Shown here one piece after another: positions 1 through 8,148 of a stretch of DNA of 20,254 bases (the stretch's first letter is position 1; each line of letters begins with the position of its first letter). The stretch covers positions 1 through 20,254 of the forward strand of contig JAWLHR010000028.1 of NCBI GenBank assembly GCA_041690295.1, read 5' to 3'. A program made the position numbers and the translations under genes. The DNA is from Bdellovibrionales bacterium (GTDB lineage: Bacteria; Bdellovibrionota; Bdellovibrionia; Bdellovibrionales; UBA1609). A model generated the notes under the pieces. That model searched no databases. It had not been told where the DNA came from and saw nothing but the letters and a program-made list of their open reading frames with translations.

Positions 1-76
1 GCAAAAACCATGAGAGCCGAATATACGATCGATTGCGCGACTCACTTGGCCAGGAAACTTTTTGTTGCACCGGGGC

Positions 77-288
77 GGGTCCATTCCATAGGCACAGTTC
101 AGAAGGCATCCGAGAAGCTCACGCACCGGTTCGGAGAAGCGGTTCTCCACGCTTGGTAGTGGGATAGACTCAGATACCTAAATGCTTGTGCTTAGTTGAT
201 TTTTGACAATGACCGACCACGAACCGAAGAGAACCAGAGAACCCCATGTGATCGGAACAATCTGTAAACTATGTGTCCGGAATGGACC
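77..288. mobile_element. Possible degenerate miniature IS481-like element (MITE-like remnant) abutting the tRNA-Pro(GGG) 3' end
   Basis: GGGTCCATTCC at 77-87 is inverted relative to GGAATGGACC at 279-288. The right end carries two tandem subterminal motifs (CCATGTGATCGGAAC and CTATGTGTCCGGAAT). There is no ORF and no target-site duplication. The IS481 assignment is from my recall of that family's end motifs, not a search. Confidence 0.4.
164..288 (-). repeat. Left copy of the long inverted repeat (partner 20125-20227)
   Basis: The reverse complement of 258-288 equals 20125-20155 (31/31). The reverse complement of 164-235 matches 20156-20227 (70/72). The left copy has 22 extra bp (236-257). 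Confidence 0.95.
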
Positions 289-297
289 GAGAGAAAA

Positions 298-374
298 TGG
301 TCGGCGCGACTGGATTTGAACCAGCGACCTCTTGCACCCCAAGCAAGTGCTCTACCGGGCTGAGCCACGCGCCG
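298..374 (-). tRNA. tRNA-Pro(GGG)
   Basis: The minus strand reads CGGCGCGTGGCTCAGCCCGGTAGAGCACTTGCTTGGGGTGCAAGAGGTCGCTGGTTCAAATCCAGTCGCGCCGACCA. It is a 77-nt cloverleaf with anticodon loop TT-GGG-GT, T-loop GTTCAAATC and an encoded CCA. Confidence 0.97.
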
Positions 375-398
375 ATCTTTTGACTCTAAGAAAGGCCG

Positions 399-428
399 AG
401 TTTAGCCATGGGCGTAACCTATTGGCAA
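399..428 (-). promoter_or_regulatory. Putative sigma70 promoter of tRNA-Pro(GGG)
   Basis: Minus strand TTGCCA-N18-TAAACT followed by a GC-rich discriminator (CGGCC), about 25 nt upstream of the tRNA 5' end. Confidence 0.6.
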
Positions 429-503
429 GGATTTCCAAGTATTTAAATGGGTTGGGGTTTCCCAAAAACCGCAAGATCCCGCCCGGACCCTTAAAAATAA
501 AAC

Positions 504-533
504 TTTACTTTCGATTCCATCGACCCGTATCCT
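504..533 (+). promoter_or_regulatory. Putative sigma70 promoter for the leader ORF and ABC transporter
   Basis: TTTACT-N18-TATCCT with an A-tract (UP-like) just upstream. The predicted start at about 540 lies directly before the SD at 545-553. Confidence 0.4.
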
Positions 534-558
534 TTTTTAATTAGAAAGGAGGTCCGAA

Positions 559-630
559 ATGATCAACTCGATTATCTGTGTCCGGCTTATGATCGGAATC
601 GACGGACTTCCTGCTTCGGACGTGCGGTAG
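559..630 (+). CDS. Putative 23-aa leader or small peptide MINSIICVRLMIGIDGLPASDVR
   Basis: A perfect SD (AAAGGAGGT, 545-553) lies 5 nt before ATG559, with TAG at 628-630. The ORF ends 70 nt upstream of the ABC transporter start. Confidence 0.5.
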   Translation: MINSIICVRLMIGIDGLPASDVR

Positions 631-700
631 TCCCGTCTTTCCGCGAAAAAAAATCCCTGAAAATTAAAATTTAACGATTTTGAAATATTGAGGTTTTTGT

Positions 701-3700
701 ATGCGCTCCCCTGTACGCTTTTTCGACATGTTGATATTCGCATCGGTGACGCCGCTGATTCGGCTGGGGGCCAAGCGTGGCTTGCAACCGGAGGATTTTC
801 CTGAGCTGCCAAGCCATTTGGATCCACGTACGGAAACAATTGATGAGCGGCGGATCGACTGGTCGAGCGGTCGACGGCTGCTCCTCAGCCATCTCCGGGC
901 CACCTTGAAGTACTGGCTCCCACCGCTGGGTTTTTACCTGCTGTTCGCGGTCATGAATCTTTCCGGGCCCGTGCTGGTGAATCTCTTTCTCACCCGGATT
1001 TCCCAGGGGCTTTCGGATTCGCACGCCCTTTGGCAGGCCGTCATTTACGGCATCGGTGTTGGTGGAGTGGGTATCGTCGGCGGTCTCGCGCTGCAGATTT
1101 ACTTTTATTACAATATGGCGCGCTGGCAGATCGTCACGAACGTGGTGAACAAGAAATTGTTTTCGCACTCGTTGCGCTTGACCAAGGAAGCCCGAGAGCG
1201 AACCCATGTCGGCGATATCGTCAACCACATGAGCGTGGACACGGATGCCATCGCCGAAGTGGGGAACGCCGTTTCCGATTTGATTTATTGCACGTTGATG
1301 ATCGGCGGTGCGATCGGCTTGCTTTTTTATTACCTGGGATCAACGGCTTGGGTGGCGGTCGTCCTTTTGCTTGTGCTCCTGCCGATCACGCGGAAAGTGG
1401 CCAAAGAATTCACTCGCTTTGATAAAGAGCTGATGAAGTGGCGGGACGAGCGGGTCACTTTAATGGCGCAAATTCTCTCGGCGATTCGGCTGGTGAAGTA
1501 TTTTGTTTGGGAGAAAAGTGTGGCCTCGGAAGTGGCACGCGTGCGACTGCGGGAGCTTGAAGCGCGCAATCGTATCGCGCGGGCCGATCTATTGGTGACC
1601 CTGTTGTATGTCTCCGTGGGAACCTTCATTCTCTTCGCGGCGCTAACCGTGTACGTTTGGCGCGGAAATCAATTCGACGCGGCTTTATTGTTCACGTGCG
1701 TCAGCTTGTTCGCCCTCCTTGAGGATCCGTTCGCTTACATCTCACGGGTGATCACGCAGATGATTAACGGCAAGGTGGGCGCGGAGCGGATCGCCGCGTA
1801 CCTCGCCTTGCCCACGGTGCCGACGATGGATCGCGCGTCCGCGACCGAAGGCGCGGCCGGGGTTGAGATTGAGAACCTCAGCGTGATTGTGGGGGAAAGC
1901 CACTTCAAAGCGTTGAAGGGAGTCTCACTTCATGTGCCCGCGGGCTCTTCGCTGGCGGTCGTCGGCTCGGTCGGAGCCGGTAAATCCTCGTTCATCCATG
2001 CGCTTTTAGGCGAAGTCCAAGTGGTGGAAGGCCGAATTCAGTTCACGGACAACCGTGGTTTGCCCATCGCCACCCCCCAACTAGGTTATGTGCCGCAGGA
2101 AGCTTATATTTTGAACGGGACTTTAAGGGAGAACCTCACCTTCGGCCGCGAAGACGTGAGTGAGGCCGAAATTCAGCGCGCCTTGTACGTTTCGGGCCTG
2201 GCCGCGGATTTGGCGAGTATGCAAGGCGGACTGGCGGTTGAAATCGGCGAAAAGGGCATTAATCTTTCAGGCGGCCAAAGGCAACGATTGAGTCTGGCGC
2301 GCGCGGTTTTGCAGAATCCCCGGATGGTCATTTTGGATGACCCTCTCTCGGCGGTGGATCCCAGCATGGAGCATCACATCGTCGAGGAATTGATCTTTGG
2401 CGAGTGGCGAAACACCACGCGCGTGATGATCACCCATCGGCTGACTCATTTGGATCGTTTCGATCGCATCGCCTTTTTTGATCATGGTCGTTTGATCGCG
2501 CTGGGAACCTATGACGAGCTTAAGGAGACATCGCCGGAATTTCGTCTTTACATGACCGAACATCTGGCGACCACGGGACATGTGGCGCCCAAAAATGCGG
2601 AAGAAAAAAACACTCCCGCGGGCGAAGCGCTCCGGGTCACCGAAGAGGAAGACCGGGAATATGGCGCCGTCAAGGGCAGCATGTACCGCGATTACATTTT
2701 ATCGCTCGGTGGAGAAAATCACCGGCTCCGTCCCGTGCTTCTTTTTCTCTTGTTGATCGCGGTGATCAGCAGTTCGGCTTTGCCGTTGTTGCAGAGGTAT
2801 TGGCTTTCGTTCACGGCCGACGTGCAGTCGGGTAAAACCCGGACCTTCGCCTTTTTGCATAGGATCGCCGAGGACCCGATGTCCTCCATGTACGCCTATG
2901 GCGTCCTCGGCTTGGTCTTATTATTGGGCGCGCTGTCCACGGATTTGTTTTGGCTTAAGAGGGGACTTGCCGCGGGCCGGATGATTCACGATCGCATGTT
3001 GAAGTCCGTCCTGGGTTCGAACCTGAGGTTTTTTGATTCGACCCCGATCGGTCGTGTGCTCCAGCGGTTTTCGCGGGATATGGAAGCGATCGATATCCAC
3101 TTGCGATGGTGCTTCGAAGTGTCCATGAAGTGCTTCGCGCAAGTGGCGGTCACACTGATCCTGATCGTCAGCGCGTTGCCGGTCGTGATCGTCTTCCTGG
3201 TGCCGGTCATGGCGCTTTATTACCGGTTTCAGAAGCTTTATCGGGCGAGCGCGCGCGAAGCCAAGCGGTTGGATTCCATCTCCCGCTCACCCCGCTACGC
3301 CCACTTTAAAGAAACGCTTCAAGGCCTGGTGGTGATTCGCGCCTTCGGCAAAACCGAGTGGTTTTTTGAGGAGTTTTATAAACGTCTGAGCCACAATCAG
3401 CGGATGTTTTACGGCCATTACATGATCAACCGATGGTTTTCTTCAAGGATTCCGGTGATCGGTGGCCTGGTGGCCATCGCCACCACCATTGGCATCGTCT
3501 GGTCCGTGAAGCAGGGGGCGCTGAATCCGGGACTCGCGGGATTGCTCACCGTTTACTCCTTAAGTTTTTGGGGAGTTTTGAATTGGGGCATTCGCATCTG
3601 GTCGGATGTGGAGTCGCAAATGACCAGCATGGAGCGGGTGAAGTTTTACATGAATCTTCCGCAGGAACCGATGACCCTGAAAGACGGCGATGTGCCCGAA

Positions 3701-4417
3701 GTCTGGCCCACGCGCGGTGAGGTCGTGTTTGAAAACGTGAAGGCGCGATATGCCGATCACATGCCGCTTGTGCTTAAAGGTTTGAGTTTTAAAGTTGAAG
3801 CCGGCACTCGTGTCGGCATCATCGGGCGGACGGGATCCGGCAAGAGCACCATCTTTCAAGCGCTTTATCGCTTCATCAACCTTGAGGAAGGCCGAATCCT
3901 GATCGATGGCGTGGATATCGCTCAAGTGCCGCTGCCGAGGCTTCGTCGGGCGCTGGCGATCATTCCACAAGATCCCACGCTCTTCATGGGAACACTTCGG
4001 TCCAATTTGGATCGGTACGGCGAGTACGATGACGCCAAACTTTGGGATGTATTGGATCGCACGAACCTCGGTGATTTCGTTCGGGCCCTGCCGAAGCGGC
4101 TGGATACCGAGTTGACCGAGAACGGTTTGAATCTTTCCCAAGGTCAGCGGCAATTGCTCTGTCTGGCCAGGGCTTTGTTGATGCGAGCCAAAATCATCAT
4201 CCTGGACGAAGCCACGGCCAGTGTGGACGTGCAAACGGACGCCGCCGTACAAAGGGTTTTGCGTGAGTCATGCAAGGGTTTGACAATGATGATCATCGCG
4301 CACCGTTTGGGAACGATCCGCGATTGCGATCAAATCATCGAGATCCGGGATGGTCATAGACATTTGGCCCCCCGGACGCCGGAACTTCACGGTGAGTTGG
4401 TGGTGCAGAGCCACTAA
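701..4417 (+). CDS. Full-length ABC exporter, ABCC/MRP-like (TMD-NBD-TMD-NBD), 1238 aa
   Basis: NBD1: GSVGAGKS, YVPQ, GEKGINLSGGQRQR, ILDDPLSAVD. NBD2: GRTGSGKS, IIPQDP, NLSQGQRQLLCLARALL, ILDEATASVD. MRP signatures: FFDSTPIGRVLQRFSRD, RLDSISRSP, WPTRGEVVF. GAGG RBS upstream. Confidence 0.95.
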   Translation: MRSPVRFFDMLIFASVTPLIRLGAKRGLQPEDFPELPSHLDPRTETIDERRIDWSSGRRLLLSHLRATLKYWLPPLGFYLLFAVMNLSGPVLVNLFLTRISQGLSDSHALWQAVIYGIGVGGVGIVGGLALQIYFYYNMARWQIVTNVVNKKLFSHSLRLTKEARERTHVGDIVNHMSVDTDAIAEVGNAVSDLIYCTLMIGGAIGLLFYYLGSTAWVAVVLLLVLLPITRKVAKEFTRFDKELMKWRDERVTLMAQILSAIRLVKYFVWEKSVASEVARVRLRELEARNRIARADLLVTLLYVSVGTFILFAALTVYVWRGNQFDAALLFTCVSLFALLEDPFAYISRVITQMINGKVGAERIAAYLALPTVPTMDRASATEGAAGVEIENLSVIVGESHFKALKGVSLHVPAGSSLAVVGSVGAGKSSFIHALLGEVQVVEGRIQFTDNRGLPIATPQLGYVPQEAYILNGTLRENLTFGREDVSEAEIQRALYVSGLAADLASMQGGLAVEIGEKGINLSGGQRQRLSLARAVLQNPRMVILDDPLSAVDPSMEHHIVEELIFGEWRNTTRVMITHRLTHLDRFDRIAFFDHGRLIALGTYDELKETSPEFRLYMTEHLATTGHVAPKNAEEKNTPAGEALRVTEEEDREYGAVKGSMYRDYILSLGGENHRLRPVLLFLLLIAVISSSALPLLQRYWLSFTADVQSGKTRTFAFLHRIAEDPMSSMYAYGVLGLVLLLGALSTDLFWLKRGLAAGRMIHDRMLKSVLGSNLRFFDSTPIGRVLQRFSRDMEAIDIHLRWCFEVSMKCFAQVAVTLILIVSALPVVIVFLVPVMALYYRFQKLYRASAREAKRLDSISRSPRYAHFKETLQGLVVIRAFGKTEWFFEEFYKRLSHNQRMFYGHYMINRWFSSRIPVIGGLVAIATTIGIVWSVKQGALNPGLAGLLTVYSLSFWGVLNWGIRIWSDVESQMTSMERVKFYMNLPQEPMTLKDGDVPEVWPTRGEVVFENVKARYADHMPLVLKGLSFKVEAGTRVGIIGRTGSGKSTIFQALYRFINLEEGRILIDGVDIAQVPLPRLRRALAIIPQDPTLFMGTLRSNLDRYGEYDDAKLWDVLDRTNLGDFVRALPKRLDTELTENGLNLSQGQRQLLCLARALLMRAKIIILDEATASVDVQTDAAVQRVLRESCKGLTMMIIAHRLGTIRDCDQIIEIRDGHRHLAPRTPELHGELVVQSH

Positions 4418-4419
4418 GT

Positions 4420-5061
4420 TTATTTGGCGTGATACTTATAAGCGAAATTCAATGTGGCTGGTCTCTGGTTGCCGGCCACGACTCCGCTGCTGCCCAGGTA
4501 AAGGTGGTTTCCATCAACCCGATAGATATTGTAGTTGGTTCGTGGAACCTGGGCGTTGTAACAGGTGGCGTCTTCCGCCACGGAAGTGACGTCCACGCTG
4601 TCGCCCCGGGCCCAGTTGTTTCTCCGGCAAAGTGAAATGGCGTTGGCCGCGGTCGCGCCCACATCGTCCGAGATGGTGACTTTAACCGAGTGGAAATTCA
4701 TATCAATGGCTTTGCCGCCGTCGGTGGTTTTTTGGTCCTCATGAATTTTGAAATCTCCGGATTCTTCAAAAACGTAGGCTTCTCCCGAGCAGTCGGCGTG
4801 ATTGAAAAGGATTGTTTTACGAATCACATTGGCGCCGGTGAATTTGTACTGCGTTCGCATGCCTTTGATCGAGGCTTGTCCGCCCGACATCAATCCTGTC
4901 ACGACGGCGTCGATCGGTCTCGTGGAGCAATCCGACTCCCACGTTCTCTGCAGGTCGGTTTCTTTGGCCGCTTCCTGAACTTGCGTCACCGGATTGGAGC
5001 GGCGGTCTTTACAGGCGGTGAGAAGAACTGGAATGATAAAAGCGAAAGCTAGAGTCTTCAA
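4420..5061 (-). CDS. Hypothetical lipoprotein, 213 aa
   Basis: TTG start with AGGAGG at 5067-5072. The signal peptide ends in lipobox LTA-C. The mature part is rich in predicted beta strands and has 4 further Cys. Confidence 0.85.
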   Translation of the reverse strand: MKTLAFAFIIPVLLTACKDRRSNPVTQVQEAAKETDLQRTWESDCSTRPIDAVVTGLMSGGQASIKGMRTQYKFTGANVIRKTILFNHADCSGEAYVFEESGDFKIHEDQKTTDGGKAIDMNFHSVKVTISDDVGATAANAISLCRRNNWARGDSVDVTSVAEDATCYNAQVPRTNYNIYRVDGNHLYLGSSGVVAGNQRPATLNFAYKYHAK

Positions 5062-5099
5062 AACGACCTCCTTTTATTCCGTGGTCAAGTGGGTAAAAG

Positions 5100-5115
5100 A
5101 GCAAAGAGGTTGCCA
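5100..5115 (-). promoter_or_regulatory. Putative sigma54 (-24/-12) promoter of the lipoprotein gene
   Basis: Minus strand TGGCAACCTCTTTGCT fits GG-N10-GC and is close to the TGGCAC-N5-TTGCW consensus; it lies about 40 nt upstream of the start. Confidence 0.65.
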
Positions 5116-5234
5116 CCCGCAGCTAAATCTTGTTGCGATCCAACGGTTCGTAAAATCGAAGCGAGGGGCAATTTGCCTCTGACGCAGGGGGAAAGCTCTT
5201 TGTTTTGCCGCGAGAAAAGGTAGAGAAGAGAACC

Positions 5235-6020
5235 ATGGACGGTGAAAAAGAATCAAATATACATCCGGTGGCCATTGGCGGCTTTTCTCGCTCCGCTGAA
5301 CTTTATGACAAAATCCGTTCGGAGTATCCGCCACAACTGGCGAAACGTCTGTTCCAACATTTGGGCGTTCAAAAAAACTCTCGCGTGTTGGAACTGGCGG
5401 CGGGGACCGGCAAGTGGACGGAACGTTTGCTTGAAGTTTGTGATGATGTCACCGTGGCCGAGCCGTTGGTTTCGATGCGGGAAGGATTGAAAAAGCGTTT
5501 TCCACGTTTGAATGTTTCGGATTCCGTGGCCGAGCGTTTGCCGTTTGAAAACGGCCAATTCGATTTTGTGTTCGCGGCCACGGCATTTCATTGGTTCGAT
5601 GCGGATGCCGCCTATTCGGAGATCAGTCGCGTGCTCAAGCCGGGTGGCGGTTTGGGCCTGCTGTGGATGGCCCGCCCGCCGAAGTTTCAATGGCCGGAAT
5701 GGTTCAAGGCCGTTCGCCGCTTGATGGAGCCGTTGGCGGGGAACACGCCCACCTATTATTCGATGGAATGGCGTAAGCCGTTTGATTCCCGACTTGATTT
5801 TCAGATTCTTCAGTTTGAGCGGCACGATGTGTCCCGTGAAATGACAAAGGAACAATTCCGTGACCGGGTGTTTTCAACCAGTTATATCGCCGCACTCCCG
5901 GAGTTGGTGAGTCTGGCGCTCAGACGGGAAATCGATCGCACGCTGAATGAATTCATGCCTGATCAATCCAAGCTGATGGTGCCCGAGGAGCTTCACCTCT
6001 ATTGGAGCTTCAAAGAATAA
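5235..6020 (+). CDS. Class I SAM-dependent methyltransferase (Methyltransf_11-like)
   Basis: Motifs VLELAAGTGK, AERLPFENGQFDFV, AFHWF and RVLKPGG. ATG5235 is preferred over the upstream alternative start at 5205. Confidence 0.9.
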   Translation: MDGEKESNIHPVAIGGFSRSAELYDKIRSEYPPQLAKRLFQHLGVQKNSRVLELAAGTGKWTERLLEVCDDVTVAEPLVSMREGLKKRFPRLNVSDSVAERLPFENGQFDFVFAATAFHWFDADAAYSEISRVLKPGGGLGLLWMARPPKFQWPEWFKAVRRLMEPLAGNTPTYYSMEWRKPFDSRLDFQILQFERHDVSREMTKEQFRDRVFSTSYIAALPELVSLALRREIDRTLNEFMPDQSKLMVPEELHLYWSFKE

Positions 6021-6024
6021 AGGC

Positions 6025-7353
6025 CTATTGCCAAACGCGGATGTAATCGACTTGTAAGGTTTGCGGAAAGCCGACGTTGCTGACGGGACTGGGAACGGTG
6101 CCGCCGACGGCCAGGTTGAGAATCAAGAAAGCGGGATCTCGCAAGATCTGACTGCCGCTGTATGAGCCGCGCAACACACCGTCCACGTAAAAGTTCACAT
6201 GGGTGGCGGTCCATTCCACGGTGAAGGTGTGATAGGAGTCGGAAAAATCCATGCCGGTGACATTGTTCACGAGTCCGCGCACCACGCCGTTAATGTCGTA
6301 GTACCTGTAGTTGAAGCTCGTGACGGTGGGCATTTGCCCGAGAGCATGCATGACGGTGATCGAAGGCGGAGAACGTTTGTTATTAGGCTCGATTTGAAAA
6401 AGCGATGAGAGCCCCTGGCCGACGGGCACGCGCAAGCGCGCCTCGACCACACCGAACGTGAAGGTGAACTTATTTCGGGTGGTGATCGCCCCTGAGGCGT
6501 AGTTCTTGGGTTCACCCCAAGTGGTTTGAGTGCTCCGTTGTTCGGCGACCAGTTGCAGGTATCCGCCGCCCACGCGCACGTTCTCGGGGCGATAAGCCTG
6601 AAGCTCGTTGTTGATCGTGGTGTTGTACCAGAATCCCGTGTTCCACCAAGTGGTGTTCAACCGGGTGCCGCTGAAATTCTCATCGAAAACAAGCGTCCAC
6701 TGGCCCGAGGGGCCAAGCGGCTGGACGTTGTCCGGGTTGGCCACGGGCGCCTGTTTAAGGGGGGGCTCAGGCTCCGCGGTCATGACCATCGAGAAATCAT
6801 CGACATCGGCGAAGGAATTAAAAGAAGATTGCTTCCAAACATAAACTTTGGCGCTGGAGGCGCCGGTCGGCACCTTCAGCGACACGGAATGCTCCTTGTA
6901 CGACGTGGTTTGAACCCGCGTTCTGAAATCGGCGATGGTGCCGTTGCTCAAATCGAAAAAGCGCACGCCCACATAAACTTCATCGCTCAGGGAAGCCACC
7001 TTGGCTTGCGCTTTCAACTGGTACGTGGCGCCGGTTTGGATCCGATAAATGACCTCTTGACCGATGCCGCCTTGGCCGCTGCCGCTGATGCGCACGGCTT
7101 TTCCGCCCGAGTGCGCGCCGACGGTGAGAAGCGAACTTCCGCCCCAGTCTTCCCAGACCGAGAGGTCGCCTTCAAACGAGGCGTTACGAACGATGTTCGC
7201 TCCGGGGGGCAGGCCGGGGTCGTTCAAAATCGGACCCGTACCGCTTCCACCACCCATTACGTCGCCGTAGTTATAGGCTTCAAAGGCTGGACCACAGGCG
7301 CATAGTATGGCGCTGCAAAACACAACGATGTAGCAAAGCGAGACGCCCCTCAT
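6025..7353 (-). CDS. Lipoprotein with a CBM4/9-like domain and a GH16-fold domain lacking the catalytic residues, 442 aa
   Basis: ATG7353 follows a GGGAG RBS, and the lipobox is LCA-C. CBM-like segment: NIVRNASFE...W...GIGQ...VDDFS. GH16 hallmarks: WTLVFDENF, NNELQAY, YASGAI, FTFGVVEARLR, YHTFTVEW, FYVDG, LILNLAVGG, VDYIRVWQ. Confidence 0.9.
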   Translation of the reverse strand: MRGVSLCYIVVFCSAILCACGPAFEAYNYGDVMGGGSGTGPILNDPGLPPGANIVRNASFEGDLSVWEDWGGSSLLTVGAHSGGKAVRISGSGQGGIGQEVIYRIQTGATYQLKAQAKVASLSDEVYVGVRFFDLSNGTIADFRTRVQTTSYKEHSVSLKVPTGASSAKVYVWKQSSFNSFADVDDFSMVMTAEPEPPLKQAPVANPDNVQPLGPSGQWTLVFDENFSGTRLNTTWWNTGFWYNTTINNELQAYRPENVRVGGGYLQLVAEQRSTQTTWGEPKNYASGAITTRNKFTFTFGVVEARLRVPVGQGLSSLFQIEPNNKRSPPSITVMHALGQMPTVTSFNYRYYDINGVVRGLVNNVTGMDFSDSYHTFTVEWTATHVNFYVDGVLRGSYSGSQILRDPAFLILNLAVGGTVPSPVSNVGFPQTLQVDYIRVWQ

Positions 7354-7379
7354 GAAGCTCCCCCCGAAGGGGCAAGCTT

Positions 7380-7395
7380 TGCATGGCGGGGGCCA
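7380..7395 (-). promoter_or_regulatory. Putative sigma54 promoter of the GH16-fold lipoprotein
   Basis: Minus strand TGGCCCCCGCCATGCA fits GG-N10-GC, about 27 nt upstream of ATG7353. Confidence 0.45.
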
Positions 7396-7514
7396 AGGCA
7401 AAATCCGCTCAATCCCCCGAGACTTGTTTGAATTGTTGAGGCGAACCGACGTGTAAATCGACTTGGCGGAAAACATGAAATTGACAAATGATCGATTAGT
7501 CGCTTTCTGGGAAT

Positions 7515-8138
7515 GTGCGAATTTTATTTCAAAATGAAAACTGGATCGCCGTTGATAAGCCGTCGGCTTGGTTGACCACACCTTCGCGCGACAAAAACGA
7601 CCCGCGCCCGTGTCTCGGCATGAAATTGCAGGAGTTCGTGGGTCGACAGGTTTTTCCCATTCATCGGCTGGATTTTGAAGTGAGCGGCATCGTGCTGTTC
7701 GCGCTTGAGCGCGACAGTCATCGTGTCTCCCAGACTTGGTTCGAAAAGGGAACCATCACCAAACACTATTGGGCGCGGACCATCGCGGGGTCTTCGCCGC
7801 CGCCGCGCGAGTGGGTGAAATGGGAAGCCAAAATACTCAGGGGCAAGCGCCGCGCTTACATTTCGCCCCATGGTAAGCCCAGTTTAACCGAAGCGCGGGT
7901 GGTGAAAACCGACGACGAAGAAAAGGTTTGGCATTGGGAGTTGATTCCCCGCACGGGGCGCTCCCACCAGCTGCGCTTTGATTTGGCCCGTTTCGGGACA
8001 CCAATTCTCAGTGACGTTCTTTACGGTGGACCGGCGCTCGCCGAAGGACACATCGCCTTGCGCGCGAAGCGACTGGATCTCAGCCGAATTCCCGAGATTG
8101 AGCGGGCCGGCTTGCCCATCACGTTGGCCGTGGACTAA
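7515..8138 (+). CDS. RluA-family RNA pseudouridine synthase
   Basis: Motif I AVDKPS, catalytic HRLD (IHRLDFEVSG), KHYWA, TGRSHQLR and PILSDVLYG. No S4 domain. Confidence 0.92.
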   Translation: MRILFQNENWIAVDKPSAWLTTPSRDKNDPRPCLGMKLQEFVGRQVFPIHRLDFEVSGIVLFALERDSHRVSQTWFEKGTITKHYWARTIAGSSPPPREWVKWEAKILRGKRRAYISPHGKPSLTEARVVKTDDEEKVWHWELIPRTGRSHQLRFDLARFGTPILSDVLYGGPALAEGHIALRAKRLDLSRIPEIERAGLPITLAVD

Positions 8139-8148
8139 GCTCAATTCC

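Noticed and set aside
183..204. IHF site within the repeat (AATCAACTAAGCA)
   Set aside because: It matches WATCAA but lacks the TTR of WATCAA-N4-TTR.
332..544. 70-aa ORF here, and ORFs 19982-20188 and 19995-20195
   Set aside because: They overlap the tRNA genes on the opposite strand and are spurious translations.
577..598. 9-mers TGTGTCCGG and TGATCGGAA shared with the IS-like end at 249-280
   Set aside because: The matches are short, in reversed order and differently spaced. They cannot be distinguished from chance.
5074..5230. c-di-GMP or other riboswitch in the divergent intergenic region
   Set aside because: GGCAAA-like words are present, but I could not build the conserved paired architecture. 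A sigma54 motif explains the signal better.
6526..7305. Long antisense ORFs (e.g. 6526-7305, 3560-4252, 11843-12568, 8119-8769)
   Set aside because: These are shadow frames of well-supported genes in GC-rich DNA and carry no recognisable motifs.
7354..7581. N-terminal 76-aa extension of the GH16-fold ORF (and the 7978-8148 extension of the phosphatase)
   Set aside because: The extensions overlap neighbouring genes. The RBS, signal peptide and motif positions support ATG7353 and ATG8149.
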